A program made the translations under genes and the position numbers. Source: Eledone cirrhosa (taxonomy: Eukaryota). Taken from it: a stretch of 64,000 bases of DNA. The notes beneath the pieces were generated by a model, which saw only the letters and a program-made list of their open reading frames with translations, was not told where the DNA came from and searched no databases. The stretch spans positions 3,224,001-3,288,000 of the forward strand of contig OZ024743.1 in assembly GCA_964016885.1 (NCBI GenBank). The letters are read 5' to 3'. Each line of letters starts with the position of its first letter. Positions within the stretch are counted from its first letter, which is position 1. This document shows, in pieces, positions 45,771-59,184 of the stretch.

Positions 45771-48109
45771 TATACTGAAGGAGCTTTTCCACCTCGCGAG
45801 GTTCATTCCTAAGAATAGCTATCTCTTTCCTGATTAAACTGAATAGGGAGGATATTTGAGATCCAGAACGCTTAATGTTTTTATCATTATAGGTTTTAAA
45901 AAAAAAATCAAAAAAAATCGGAGTACTATCGGTACTTAATCATCCTGCGATAATTTACTATTTTATTTGTTTTTATTCAAAGAATGTATTAAATTTCATC
46001 AGAATTATTCTTTCGGCAGAGAGAAATAAAAATGTTAAAATAAGATTTTTTTTAATGATGAAGGAATCTCAACTTAACTAAAAATATTTATGTGGTGAAG
46101 ATAACATTTTTAGTTGTTTATTAACCCATCCTAGCAGGGAAAGCAGACATTAAAATGACAATGACGATGATATACACCAATATTTGAGAGTATTGATGGG
46201 GAAATATATGTCCCCGAAAATCAAGATTCGACCATGTCAACATCATACGGATTCTCCCTGAGACTTGCATTAAGGGTACACATTACTGTGGAATACTCAG
46301 CCACATGCCCATTAATTTCAAAACTATTAGGTATTTTATCACAATACTATTACACAGTGCTGTATTTATCAAGATAAATGACCACCACTCATGAATCATC
46401 AGAATGGAAGTCTTAACAGTTCTACACATTTCAAACATTGCTTGCTTCGTTTTTATTTTTATTTGGAATAAAATCTTGCTCATATCTGATCCTTGTCTCC
46501 TTAAATTGGTCGGACGCCATGCTTTGACGCAAAGAGTTACGTCCCTTTACGATCTGAGTTCAAATCCCACCGAGGTTAGCTTTGCCTTTCATCCTTACGG
46601 GGTCGATAAAATAAAGTACCAGTAATGTACTGGTTTATTGCTGGCCTTGTGCCAAAAGTTGAAACAATTAATATTACTTTAATTGGTTTGTCAGACACGG
46701 GAGACAACTTCAGACAGAATTCATGAAGTGGTGATGACTAAGTCAGAAAATGTAAAAACATCTCCACCTACTGGCGTTGAAATGCAGATATGTTCAGAAG
46801 TTATATCATTTTTAGACACCATCAATAATAAAATGTAATAGTTAAGTTAGTGATAACATATTTCATGGAGGAAACACTATAAAGTTAAGTAGAAAACATA
46901 TGCGGCGAAGAAGAACAATATTAAAATACTATGTTCATGCGTTTGGCAAATAAAGGAAACACTTTTTGAAAAGCTTTGAATTGTATGGGAGATAATTCTG
47001 GACGTTTTGGAATGTACGGGACACAACTCCTAACCTAATTGATACTATTTATTATACGTGTTTGAATAATTGTTTCTACGTTTGGCACTAGGCCAGCAAT
47101 TATTCCAGTATATTACTGGTACTTTATTTTATCGACTCTGTAAGGATAAAAGGCAAAGTTAACCTCGGCGGGATTTGAACTCAGAACATAAAGGGCCGTA
47201 ACTATGCTGCAAGAATGGAGTCTGACGCTATACCGATACTGCCAATCTTATCAAATAAAATGGTCACAATTTTCACTGTTAAAAATTCGAAATTTTTCCC
47301 TACGGAATTAATCACATTCTCGTATAAAAACACACGCAAATGATATTTAAAATGTAAACCTTCTTCAAAATTATTCAGATTTCACTCTTAAACATGTTGA
47401 CTTAATTTAAAGAATGATCTTGAATTTTACCCATTTCCATCCAAGCTAGAATGTGTTTTCAGAATTACTTTGTCGCACTAAAACATGCCAAGCGGACAGA
47501 TTCCATTTTGCACACATAACCGTTAAATCACAGGCCTTCTTGATCCTCGCTAAGTCGGGATGAGGGTATCGAGCTGAAGGAGTACTGTGAAATGGAATAG
47601 TTGTTGCAACGGATATTGCTGACTTTGGTAACGCTTTTGTCGTCTTGTTTGCGAGGCTTTGCTGAGATGAGCTGTCCGTAGGACGGTGCAGAACCATCTC
47701 ATTTCTCTTTGTTCTTTTTTCTTCCTTACTTTTCTTGTATTTTATGTATTCAATATAAAGAGTTTCAAGTTTTTATAAAAGTTAATTCAGAATATTCTTC
47801 ATGTTTTGGAGTAGCTAATTTTCAACGTTTTTATTATGTGAAAAGTCACAATTTTCACTGACACATACCTTGCAGTTTGAAGTGAAACAATTGCAACTAT
47901 TGTTTTAATGTGGTTGGATTTTGTTGTGGCATCAATCATTTGCATTTAAATGCTGTAGGAGAGGGGCTGGGGCTTTGGGTGTTAAATACCATATTGAGCA
48001 AATTATAAAGTGTTTCTATCTCTGTTCAACGAAAACTTAAACCAGATTTAAATCCAGATTAAAATACTATGCAGCATGTAGTGTATGTTATAAAGGGTAT
48101 CGAAATTTA

Positions 48110-48190
48110 CATACACACATACATACATACATACATACATACATACATACATACATACATACATACATACATACATACATACATACATAC
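48110..48190. repeat. (TACA)n microsatellite (also 48729-48789 and 49989-50040)
   Basis: Seen directly in sequence. Confidence 0.95.
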
Positions 48191-48191
48191 A

Positions 48192-48727
48192 TGGTGGCTG
48201 CCAACTCGTTTTCGAGTACGGCCACTACTTTATATCCATGTAGGAGAACCCCTACCGATGGGCTGAACGAGTGTGGCTTTTTAGTCCAGCCAGCGACTTG
48301 AAAACTCTGGTACAAGCACTACACTTGTGACAATTATTGACACATAGTGCTGGGCCCATGGTACCATGTGACGACAAGTGCAGAGAGATCTCCAGATATA
48401 AAGTAATGCCTGTGCCGTGAAGCTTATATAGTGAGCAAAGGCACTGCACAAAGCCAGTCCCACTCTCTTAACCAAGATGATATTTACCAAAAAGAAGAAC
48501 AAGTCAACATCATTGGATACCATCAGGATTGCAGGTGTTATATCAGAGTTTTCCTTCTCCTAGAATTCTCCCGGTGATTTTGGATGGCCATTGACTCTTA
48601 CGAGCTCCTTTGCCCTTTGACAGGTTTTGTCTTTAGTCCTGCAGGATGTCCAAAGTCACCCTCCTCACCAAGAAACCTTGGTGGGGTTGCCAGTTTAGTC
48701 GCCAACGACCCGACCATGAGACAGGTT
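48192..48727 (-). mobile_element. Bipartite RTE-derived non-autonomous element (5' UTR + C-terminal zinc-finger end)
   Basis: ctaggagaaggaaaactc 5' UTR motif and CSACTRVFKSLAGLKSHTRSAH; 5' segment repeated at 51760-51905. Confidence 0.6.
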
Positions 48728-48789
48728 GTACATACATACATACATACATACATACATACATACATACATACATACATACATACATACAT

Positions 48790-49988
48790 GCATATGTCAG
48801 CGTATAACAAATACATTGCCAACAATACTTATGCTGTGCCAATTCTAACGCCAACATTTGGCCTGCTGAACTGGTCATTGCAAGAACTAAGTGAGATGGA
48901 TGTTAGAACTCGCAAACTTCTCAGTGTTACTGGTAACTTTAACATCAATGGTGATGTGGATAGGCTATACTTCTCACGCAAGGAAAGTGCCCAGGTTTAT
49001 GAGCATGAAAAAAAAATCATTAGAATAGCCACTGATCTGGAGGAGAGATATGGAATAAAGCCTGATATAAATCTCTCACCCAGAGAAATCGGAAGATCCT
49101 ATTCAATGTTCAAACAAGATGAAAAAATTGACCAATTTACAGAAAAAGTTGTGCATGGATACTTGAGACGTAAAACACAGACCATAGAGAGGATAAACCA
49201 CTCAAAAAGCCTGGCATAGAGTTCCGACAAGTTTATAACATCACACCTTGAGGGATATCTCTATGCAATACAGGAACAAGAACTCCCTACCAAATATCTG
49301 CTGCACAAAAGGGGAGGGCCATCAGCTGACAATAAATGTAGGCTATGTAAAACAAAGATCGAGGATGTAAGCCACATTGTTGCCAGCTGCGAAAGAATGT
49401 CATCTCGCTACTACCTCCCCATGGACACGATGGGATAGCTACAACCATCTGGAATGCACTTCGGAAAACAAAATTAATAACAAACGAGGAAGAATATATT
49501 GAGACAGATGGCACTAAGGAATACTGGTGGAACCTGAAAATAAAAACTGCCACCAAATTAAAGCACAACCGGCCTGATATTGTTGTTTGGGACCACACAT
49601 TGAAAACGTGTTCTGTTGTGGAGATCAGCTGCCCACTTGATGTAAACGTTGTCAGAAAAATATAGGTGAAGGAGGACATCTACGGACCATTGATGAGGAG
49701 TTTGCAAATCCAGTATCCAAGATACACCTTTAGCTTTATACCCATCATTATTGGAGTTACGGGTTATATACCAACCCGTTTGGACCAAAGTATGACTGAA
49801 CTTGGATTTGCGGACAAAGAGCGCAGCTCCCTAATTCATAGTCTACAAATGGCTGCGATAGCTGGCACCTTCAAAATTTGCAAAACATTCTTGCGATTCA
49901 AGGGATGACAATTTCTTTTCTTTTACAACCTTGCCACCAGGAAGGTGGCCGGTCAAAAAAATATACTCGAAATTAAGAGAAAGAGATA
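48790..49988 (+). mobile_element. 5'-truncated R4/Dong-clade RLE non-LTR retrotransposon
   Basis: NTYAVPIL, DVDRLY, AIQEQEL, CRLC....EDVSHIVASC, RHD, HNRPDIVVWD...VEISCP. Confidence 0.85.
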
Positions 49989-50162
49989 ACATACATACAT
50001 ACATACATACATACATACATACATACATACATACATACATGTGTGTGTGTGTTTGCGCGTGCGCGTTTTTTAGATCCCAAGTGAAATCGGGGGCAACCAC
50101 AGTTAAAAAGGTAATCAATACATTAATAGAGTGTAAACATCATTATTTAATGTAGAAATGGC

Positions 50163-50207
50163 TTCTACAGGACTGGAACTGTTTCATTCGTAGGAAATCA
50201 TCAAGAA
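50163..50207 (-). ncRNA. Degenerate type I hammerhead (U3.G8); same family at 61536-61580 minus with canonical CTGATGA
   Basis: ttc TTGATGA tttc ctac gaat GAA acag..ctgt A gaa. Confidence 0.5.
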
Positions 50208-50225
50208 TATATTTTTTGTTGAATC

Positions 50226-50317
50226 ACCAGTCTGAAGAGCAGATCAATGATGGAGTCCAGTTTATAACTTCTATGGGAGACCGTGAGCCAATCCTCGGCG
50301 AAACGTGCGTAACAGGT
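50226..50317 (+). ncRNA. Type I hammerhead with long loop II insert
   Basis: accagt CTGAAGA gc...gc GAA acgtgcgt A acaggt. Confidence 0.55.
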
Positions 50318-50789
50318 CGGTATATAATAAAAAAAATTAACTACATTTGAATGTGTCATCTGCATAAAAACTATTTATAAGGAAAATTAATAGAGTTTAA
50401 CAAAGAACACACTTTTTCTATATATTGTTGAACCTCTGTTAGCGAAAGCCATAGTTCGCGAACATTTTTTTCCGAATATAAAACGTCTCGGTTCACAAAC
50501 GGTGTATCGAGAAAGGAACGCGCAAGCCGACAACAACGGTTGGTAACAAGCTTGGAGCATCGGCGGGAAAGCATCACTTGCTGTGTAGTTAGTTATTATG
50601 GTGATATCTCCGTCGTTCACACACAGTCTCTCTCTTACTGTATTTCTCTCTCAATATTTCGTATGGGAAAAGTAGTTTCTGCTTATGAACATTTCGGGCG
50701 ACGAACGGCCGTCAGGAACGAATTAACTTCGTGAACCGAAGTTCGAGATTCCACTGTATATGTATGTAATTTTACACACACACACACAC

Positions 50790-50907
<118 letters not shown>

Positions 50908-50995
50908 GTAAACAGAAATAACAACACAATCTGTACAGTATATGGAAGGTATATATTAAATTAACGCTTGATATAGCAGATATATATATATATAT

Positions 50996-51700
50996 TGGTT
51001 GTCTATCGTAAACGATGATGACCTCTTCTTTATTGTTGTTCCCGTCTGCCGTAGGCACGAAGGTGGCTGTGGAGGCCGATCCTTGACTTGCAGGTCCGGG
51101 GACAGTGGGGGCAGGGGAAGAGACCGGAGTCAGACTGGCAACTCCGGAGGTTACCTCCACCTCTCGCCCATCGCCGCAGGGCTTTGGAAGTGCACGCTAA
51201 AGAAGAAACCTGTGCGGGAAAGGTTTATAGTGGGAGGGTGAGTGCACAGTGACGGTTCCACTCACTCGGCCACAGAAGCCAGAATCCGGTGGTACGGAGG
51301 ACCGTCACGACCAGGGACTTCCTTGGCTGCAGTGGATGGCCACAACATATGTAGTGCCTTGCCGTGCCCTAGCGAGCGCTCCACACCGCTTACTGTCGCC
51401 GCCTTTGTGACCGTTGGGACGATGTTGTCCTCCTCCACTCACTCCGCCGGGTCCAGACATCCCCTATCTAACTCACCGGGAGGGGGGGGGGGTCACATCC
51501 GTCCGGCTACCCTCAACCTGGTTCGGCTCACCAGCCAAGGCGGTTTACCGGGGTGTAGCCGCTGTCGCATGCTACAGCTTCTTGGGGGCCACAGGTGAGA
51601 GGTGAGTGTCAGGTGGGACCCAATGCAGGACGAGCTGTCCTGAAAAGGGCATGGCTAGCCCTCCCTACAGAGGTACATGCCCCTCCCTGACACCCCAGGC
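50996..51700 (-). mobile_element. Non-autonomous bipartite derivative of the RTE family at 7455-10786
   Basis: 51455-51522 matches the LINE 5' region 7455-7515; 50996-51135 matches the LINE 3' end 10645-10781; the interior is not ORF sequence. Confidence 0.8.
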
Positions 51701-52219
51701 ATATACACACGCATATACATACACATATGTACATGTGTATATACATATTTACACAATTTTGGATGGCCGTTGACTCTTATGAGTTCTTTCGCCCTTTGTC
51801 CGGTTTTGTTTTCTTCCTGCAGGGTGTCCAAAATTACCCTCCTCAGCAAGTAAATTTGGTGGGGTTGCCAGTTTAGTCGCCGACGACCCGACCATGCAAC
51901 AGGTTGTACTGGTTTACATGTTATCAGTAGCACTCATGAGTGACCTGACACATATATATATATATAAGGGTTTCTGCAGCTCCTGTCTACCAAATTTCAC
52001 TTACACAACCAGAAACTATAGTGGAAGACATTTGCTCGAAATGCTGCGCAGCGAGACTAAACCCCAAACCAACTCTAACCACACAGCCATGCCGTATACG
52101 CACATACATACACACACGCGCGCACACACACACACACTCATACACACACGCGCACACGCACGCACACTCATACCCCCCCCCCACATATGTATATATAATC
52201 GTCAATTTTATATATATGT

Positions 52220-52439
52220 ATATTGTTTTACTTTGGGAGGGTCATGTTGCCAATAAAAACACTCGCACCTATTGGTTTTCACTTCAATTCATTATAAACT
52301 CCCAGTCGGTTAGTTTAATAACCGGGTGGTTGTTTATTTGTTTTATTGTCAAAGTTCTTTCGTCACACACATTCTGTGACCTCCTCTCAGTGACTAATTT
52401 GTTATTATGTGTCTCTCCTTTGTTCTGTTCTATACAATC

Positions 52440-52440
<1 letters not shown>
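52220..52440 (-). mobile_element. Solo pLTR fragment of the 42800-43015 family, with hammerhead at 52348-52394 (2-nt insertion in core)
   Basis: Reverse complement aligns with 42800-43015; gtca CTGAGAGGA ggtcac..gtgac GAA agaact T tgac. Confidence 0.65.
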
Positions 52441-52532
<92 letters not shown>

Positions 52533-52536
52533 CACG

Positions 52537-52594
<58 letters not shown>

Positions 52595-54439
52595 ATCGTC
52601 GATTTTCCGCACGTTTTCTATTTACCAAATTCCAACCCGAAGCCAGAGTCGAAGGTGTCACCTAGTGGAATTGAATCCAGGGCTTCAAGGTTACGAAGTG
52701 AATTTCTTAATCACACAATATATATATGTGTGTGTATACACGCACACACACACACACACAGTGTGTTCGCTTTTTACGCGAATATACGTTCGTGGACACG
52801 GCGCGTAAAGCAAATTCGCGTAATTCAAGTCTAATATTTCTGATAAATAAAAAAAAAATTAAAAACCACACGCGTTATAGCGCATCATTCGCGCAAAGTG
52901 AATATTTAATAATTGTTTCTACTTTTGGCACAAGGCCAACAAATACCCAGTTCATTACTGGTACTTTATTTTATCGACCCTTAAGGATGAAAGGCAAAGT
53001 TAACCTCGACGATAATAGTTTTCAAGATGCGTTAAAGCGAATTCGCGTACTTCAAGTTCGCGTAAAAAGCGAACAGACTAAATATATTTCTATTTTACAT
53101 CGTTTCCCTTCACAGCTTTATACATGCACAAATTGACAGGTCAGTTAATCAAATCCAAAAGAAAGTAATTTGATTTTTGTTTTTCTCGTCTTATGGTATG
53201 TAGTCCCTGGTCAGACCTGACAGTGCATACTAATGACAGAGGCCTTCGACCGAACAGTGAATATTAATAAAGTCACGTGAAAAGAAACCACCGTTAAAAA
53301 AAAAAAATGCCTTAATTCTGGTTAGAAACATTCATTATAAAATCGGATAAAATGCTCGGTGGTATTTTTTTCTGGTTTTCTATACTCTGAGTTCAAATCC
53401 CACCGAGAACAACTTTGCCTTTCATCTTTTTGAGATTGATAAATAAAGTAGTAGTTCGGGACAGTGGGTTAGTGGAGTTATGACGTCAGGCGGAACACCT
53501 TGTCACATCTACTTAGGTTCTTTGTATTCTGAGTTCAAATTCTCCACTTAATTGTAATCGAATCAATATCAAGATTTATGCGAAGCGCTGGCATCGAATC
53601 TAATGTAAAATAAATGAATAAATAAATAAGAGAGACAGATAGAATGAAAGAGAATGAAAGAAAGAAAGACAGGAAGAAAGAAAGAAAGAAAGACTACCTA
53701 TGAAACTCCAATGAGTTCACAAAACTCGTGGGCCGTGAGTTCATTGGAGCCTTTGCATCCGAAAAGTTCAGCAGGAATTAAAGATTTTCAAATAATAGTT
53801 ATGAAACAAATATTATTTTAAGTTCGTTATTAACTGACAATCTATACACAATTACATATATGTGAAAAACAATTGTTTTATTCAAAGTCTTAAATGAGAC
53901 AATGAACAAAAGTAAACAATAAAGCAGTCATTTATTGAAGTTTTCTGTTGTGTTTTTTTCCTGGATAAAGCATATCAATGAGATGTAAATTATCTGTTAA
54001 ATGTAGAATGGAATAAACATCCGTCGGTTTCAACGATGAGTGTTTTAGTTGTTTGATAAACGGAGAAGCCTGCTCATGAAATGAATGAGCATGTAGCTGA
54101 GCATCCCCCGGGTACGTTTACTTTTAACGTAATTCCCAGGGAGATTCACATGATACTGTGTGTGACAATGTCGACTCTTTGAATTACAGGCCTTCAAATA
54201 GTTTCCGTGTATTCAATTTCACTCACAAGGCTTGGGTTGATCTGAATTTATGGTAAATGACAGTTGCCCAAGATGCCACACAGTGGGATCAAACTCGTGA
54301 CCTAATGATTGCGAAGCGAACATCTTAATGTGACATCTAATTGTGACAGTTGTTGTCGTTTAATCATAGATCAGTCCTGATTATGCAATCATATGATCAA
54401 AGTCATTCCACTCGTGATAACACCATCCTTTCTCTAGGC

Positions 54440-54608
54440 CAGTGATTCCCAAATTGAGTTCCGCAAAGGAGTGTCTGGGGTTCTGTGAAAAAAAGGTAGA
54501 GGAGTATATTTATATTAACGACCATATAACGGTATTAGAGGTTAGGGTTCCCCTAAAAGTTTCTGAACCAAAAAGAGTTCTGCGTTTGAAAAGGTTTGAG
54601 AAGCCTTG
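54440..54608. mobile_element. hAT-Charlie-type MITE
   Basis: cagtgattcccaaa...tttgagaagccttg ends; 8-bp TSD ctctaggc/ctctagac (NTCTAGAN). Confidence 0.75.
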
Positions 54609-55089
54609 CTCTAGACATATTGCACAGAGGGCCATATTCATTTATGTGTTCTTTTCTAAAACACTAGGGTATAATTTGACAAATATTTGGATACTATTTT
54701 CAGCCGCTCGATAGACCACGTAAAAAGACGCCCTCATACACTCGCCTGTTTGTTTATTGTTGTTGATGTTGTGGTTTAGCCCCAGGTCAGCCTTGACCGA
54801 GCAGGTCTGTCACCAAAGGCATTCCAGCTTTGATTAGTGCGTCGTTTTGTTTATCTGGGACTACATTGTTCATTTTATCTTTCTTTAAGACAGTAGAACG
54901 CAACATCTAGATATATTTGGTATTTCTAACAGGTCGAGTGACCTCATAGAATCCGATACATTCTGTAAATGTTACTTTTTACCCAAATGATCTGGCAACC
55001 CTGGTGTGATACGAAACTCTGACACCTCGATTGGGTTTTGAGCATACTACATTAACCAATTAACTATCTGTTTTCCCTTGAACATATAG

Positions 55090-55216
<127 letters not shown>

Positions 55217-55314
55217 CTTTAATTCTCTCTTTCCCCAATCTTTTCTCTCGCCCTCTATCCATATCTCTTTTTCCCATACACCCAGTTGACCGCTACGATA
55301 CTTAGGAGTACACG

Positions 55315-55652
55315 GTGGTGATAGTAGTATGTTAGTGTTGTTGTTGGGTGTCGTGGGTAGAGATGGTAGTGGTGGTGGTGGTTGTGGTGGTGGTAGTGGT
55401 GGTGGTAGTAGTAGTGGTGGTGATGGTGGTGATAGTAGTATGTTAGTGTTGTTGTTGGGTAGAGATGGTAGTGGTGGTAGTGGTGGTAGTGGTGGTGGTA
55501 GTGGTGGTGGTAGTGGTGGCAGTGGTTGCGGTTGTGATGGTGATGGTAGTGTTGGTGATGGTAGTGGTAGTGGTACTGATGGTAATGGTGATGGTGATGG
55601 TACTTATGATAGTGGTGGTGGTGGCGGCGGCGGCGGTGGTGGGGGTAGTGAT
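55315..55652. repeat. (GGT/AGT/GAT)n low-complexity tract with internal duplication
   Basis: Seen directly; ggtgatagtagtatgttagtgttgttgttgggt occurs twice. Confidence 0.9.
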
Positions 55653-56063
55653 GGTTTGTCTTAATTTATCTATTGTAGTTTATTTATTTGTTTATTATTT
55701 CTATTCTATTTTTCTATATGTTTCTCGGAGAGAAGTAGAAAGGCACAACAAGACGAAACCAACAAAATAGAAGGTGTGGAGATAGGAAAGGAAGGGAGAT
55801 AAATAAGATGATGTGTTGCTATTGTCATCGAGATCTGGTCTTTAACCTCTAAATAGTCGTTTGACAGAGTAAGAGTGGGGGAAACGCAGACAGTGTCGGG
55901 TATGGAGAGAAGGGTTAATGAGGAGGGTATCATTTTGATGCACGGATAATGGGGGTTGTGGGGTTGTGATATGTGGAAGTAGAAATATAGGTTATTAGGG
56001 CCGATAGATCTTTAGGGATGGCTACACTGTAGGTGAGAGTGGAGGTTCGAATGTGATGAATAT

Positions 56064-56106
<43 letters not shown>

Positions 56107-58019
56107 ATAGAAAGAAAGAGAGAGAGAGAGAGAGAGAGGAATAGAAAAGAGCATACAATACATATGGGCACATTTGCTATGTATACATCCCCTGCATACA
56201 TCCTCTACATACACCCCTACATACACCCCCTAAATAAGGTCACGAGGACAGAGTCCTCAAATACGCCTTCCAGCAACTATCTCCAATTGATCTGGCTGGG
56301 TTCCAGCCGAGCTTATGGATAATATCCAACTATCTTGACTCAGGGTCTACAACTTGCCGGTTGGTTTTGCTCATAAAATCTGTCCAGCGATTCTTTCCTG
56401 TCACATTCTAACCACATGTCCGTAATATCGGAGCTGTAATCTCTCAATTCGGAGAAGTAACGGCTCTACATTGATCAAATCTCTGATCTCCGAGCTACGC
56501 AATTTATTGAGTAACGTTATGAGTTAAGTTTAATTGCTAGCACACGAAAAAAAAATAAAATAAAATAAAACGAGGAAAAAATTACTTCCCTCTTAAAGCA
56601 ATGGGAGGTGGAGCAAAACGTCTGAGGGCCCACCTTCTTCCACCTCCCTGTTCCGGGGAAAATATTCTCAGGACCATATTAGGAGGTAAGTTTAATTGAT
56701 AGCAAAAAAAAAAAAAAAAAAAAAAACCTAAGAAAAAGAATTGTTTCCCACGGAAATCGGTGGGGATGGAGCAAAACGTCCGACGGTTTTCCCTTTTTTC
56801 TTTTCGGTAAAAATGTCCTTTGGATCATATTAGGGGGTAAGTTTAATTTGATAGCACATGAAAAAACCAAACAAAAAAATTATTTTCCACTGAAATTTCT
56901 ATAATAATTGTTTCTACTTATGGCACAAGGCCAGCAATTATCCCAGTGTATTACTGGTGCTTTATTCTATCGACCCCGTAAGGATGAAAGGCAAAGTTAC
57001 CTCGGCTGAATTTGAAATCAGACCATAAGGGGGCGAAACTCTATGCTGCAAAGCATGGCGTCCGACCTTCTACCGAAACTGCTAATCCACCAATGATTTC
57101 TGATTTAGGCACAAGACCAACAATATTTGGGGAAATGAAGTACCAGTCACGCACTGGCATCGATTTAATCGACTTTCCCCTCCCCCAAAATTGCTTGCCT
57201 TGTTCCTATATAAGAAACCATTATAACTGTTATTGTGCTTTGCCCTTAAAAGGCAAAACCAAGCATACCTTTTCTTTCCGTGACGATAAATATATTGGAT
57301 ATGTAAATGTATGAAGTAATAAGATCAATAATATTTGGGTACTTTATTATATCGACACCGTAAGGATGAAAGGCAAAGCTAACCTCGGCGGGATTTGAAC
57401 CCAGAACGTAAAGGGCCATAACTCTGTGCTGCAAAGCATGGTGTCTGACGCTCTACCGATACTGCCCTTTCATCTATAAGAATACCGTCTATACCTTTTT
57501 TTTAACTTGTCTTCTATACCCCCCTCTCCCTTTCCCACACACAAACTCGACGCGCAAACATGAGCTGTCGTCAAAAACAAAATAAAAAATATTAAAAATA
57601 AAAGACAACACCAGCATCATTTGTAATAAACAACTATGATGTTCACTATCACCACCTCACTTTGTTAGAACAATATCACCACATAACAAATAAACCAATT
57701 AAAAGAAAAAACAAAATCTTTTTCTGGATTTTGTCAAAATATAATACAATGGATGTGGGAGGAACAAGAAGACAGAACAAGTTTAAATAGATTAAGTCTT
57801 ATAATAGTATGATATGGGATGATATGATGAGAAGCTCTTTTTACTTTTTATATTTTTAAAGTAAGCATTTGTATTTATTTTACTAAGCTGTTTATACAAA
57901 AACAAAACAAACTATTAAAGGGAACAAAAAAAAAAGAAAAGGAAATGAGAAGGAGAAAAAGAAGAAATAGGTATGAATCAACGAAAGAAAGGGAGGGGAA
58001 GACGGACAGTCACTACACA

Positions 58020-58600
58020 CTAGTCTGAGCCGTGCCTCAGCCGCAAAGGCGGTACTGTGGAGTATGGCCAGAGATAACCGTTGCAACAGCCACCCCACCA
58101 CAAGAGAGGCGCCGTCTTTCCTTATATTACGGAGGAAATCAGCAGCGCTGTGTCGTTCCAATACGGGTGTACTCATCACCAGGAAGAGTGCTGGTTGATG
58201 AAGAAAACACCGAATTGGAGGTCAAGCGTCACTGTTTGGTTGCGAGACGGAGCATAGACAGGCGAGATGGTGTCTGTCCAAGGACGACACGATCCACCCG
58301 AACGTGGACTTGCACTTGACGTCGTCCCAGATATGCCAGGGTACGACAAGGTCTTCATCGGTCCAATCAGCCAGAGCTGACTCCAGCTCTCGGGTCACGT
58401 CAGGTTCTGTTGTATTGTGGATGATCTCATTGATGAGGAGATTGAGGAGAGGGTGGATCGGAGGCCGAGGCTGCCGAAACTCACAGGGTGTTTTGTCTGT
58501 TGCCAGCTGGCGCTGTCAAAGCAAGCAGTGCAGATGAGTTCGGTATAATGTCGGATGGTGGCATCGAGTTCGATGAGTCGATTTGCTAGAGCAGACATGG
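58020..58600 (-). mobile_element. Degenerate CRE-like RLE non-LTR retrotransposon fragment
   Basis: WQQTKHPVSFGSLGLRS, WDDVKCKSTF, LLQRLSLAI motifs in shifting frames. Confidence 0.55.
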
Positions 58601-58611
58601 GCTACCTCTTT

Positions 58612-58737
58612 CGAGCAGTGGGCCGCATGGGACATGACTCATCATAAGGCGGGCCGCACTAGTAAAAACATTAAAGCAATTTTCAAATTAGGCGTGCCAT
58701 TCAGAAAGCCAAACGGGCCGCAGTTTGCCCATGACTG
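58612..58737. mobile_element. hAT-type MITE end
   Basis: cgggccgcagtttgcccatgactg terminus and repeated gggccgca subterminal motifs. Confidence 0.5.
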
Positions 58738-59184
58738 TGCTAGGCGCATCGCATAGCTTGAAAAAGAATTTGGGGAGAACGAAGTAGTTTCTGAGAAGGA
58801 AGAGCGCCAGGTGTGTGTCAATGAGGCGTAATCTCTGTCATCCTCGTCAGGTCTACGTACTTGTGATGTTTTATGACGGTGGTAGAGGGAGCGGATAAGG
58901 TGTGACCAAGGAAGGGCGTGGAACAGGGTAGAGTTGGAAGGTAATAGAACATTATAAGTAGATAAACGAAAATCAAAATGTACTTACAAGAAGACAGTCT
59001 GCAAGCAAAAACAACAACAACAGAAATGATTAAACAAATAAACAATGAAAATAGATTAATAGAAAAACTGCACAAATAACAAACAACAATTAAATAAATA
59101 ATAACAGGTCACTGAGCAAATCAGAAGAAAAACAAAAGGAGAGGTAATTAAAAGAGATTAACGAAAGAAATCTGTTGAAAGATA

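Noticed and set aside
46190-46232. Hammerhead-like gggga..tcccc GAAA atc aa gat TC
   Set aside because: 5' core does not match CTGANGA and stem I is absent
55329-55770. Gly-rich secreted-looking ORF and poly-Val ORF
   Set aside because: Frames of a (GGT)n simple repeat; no independent gene evidence
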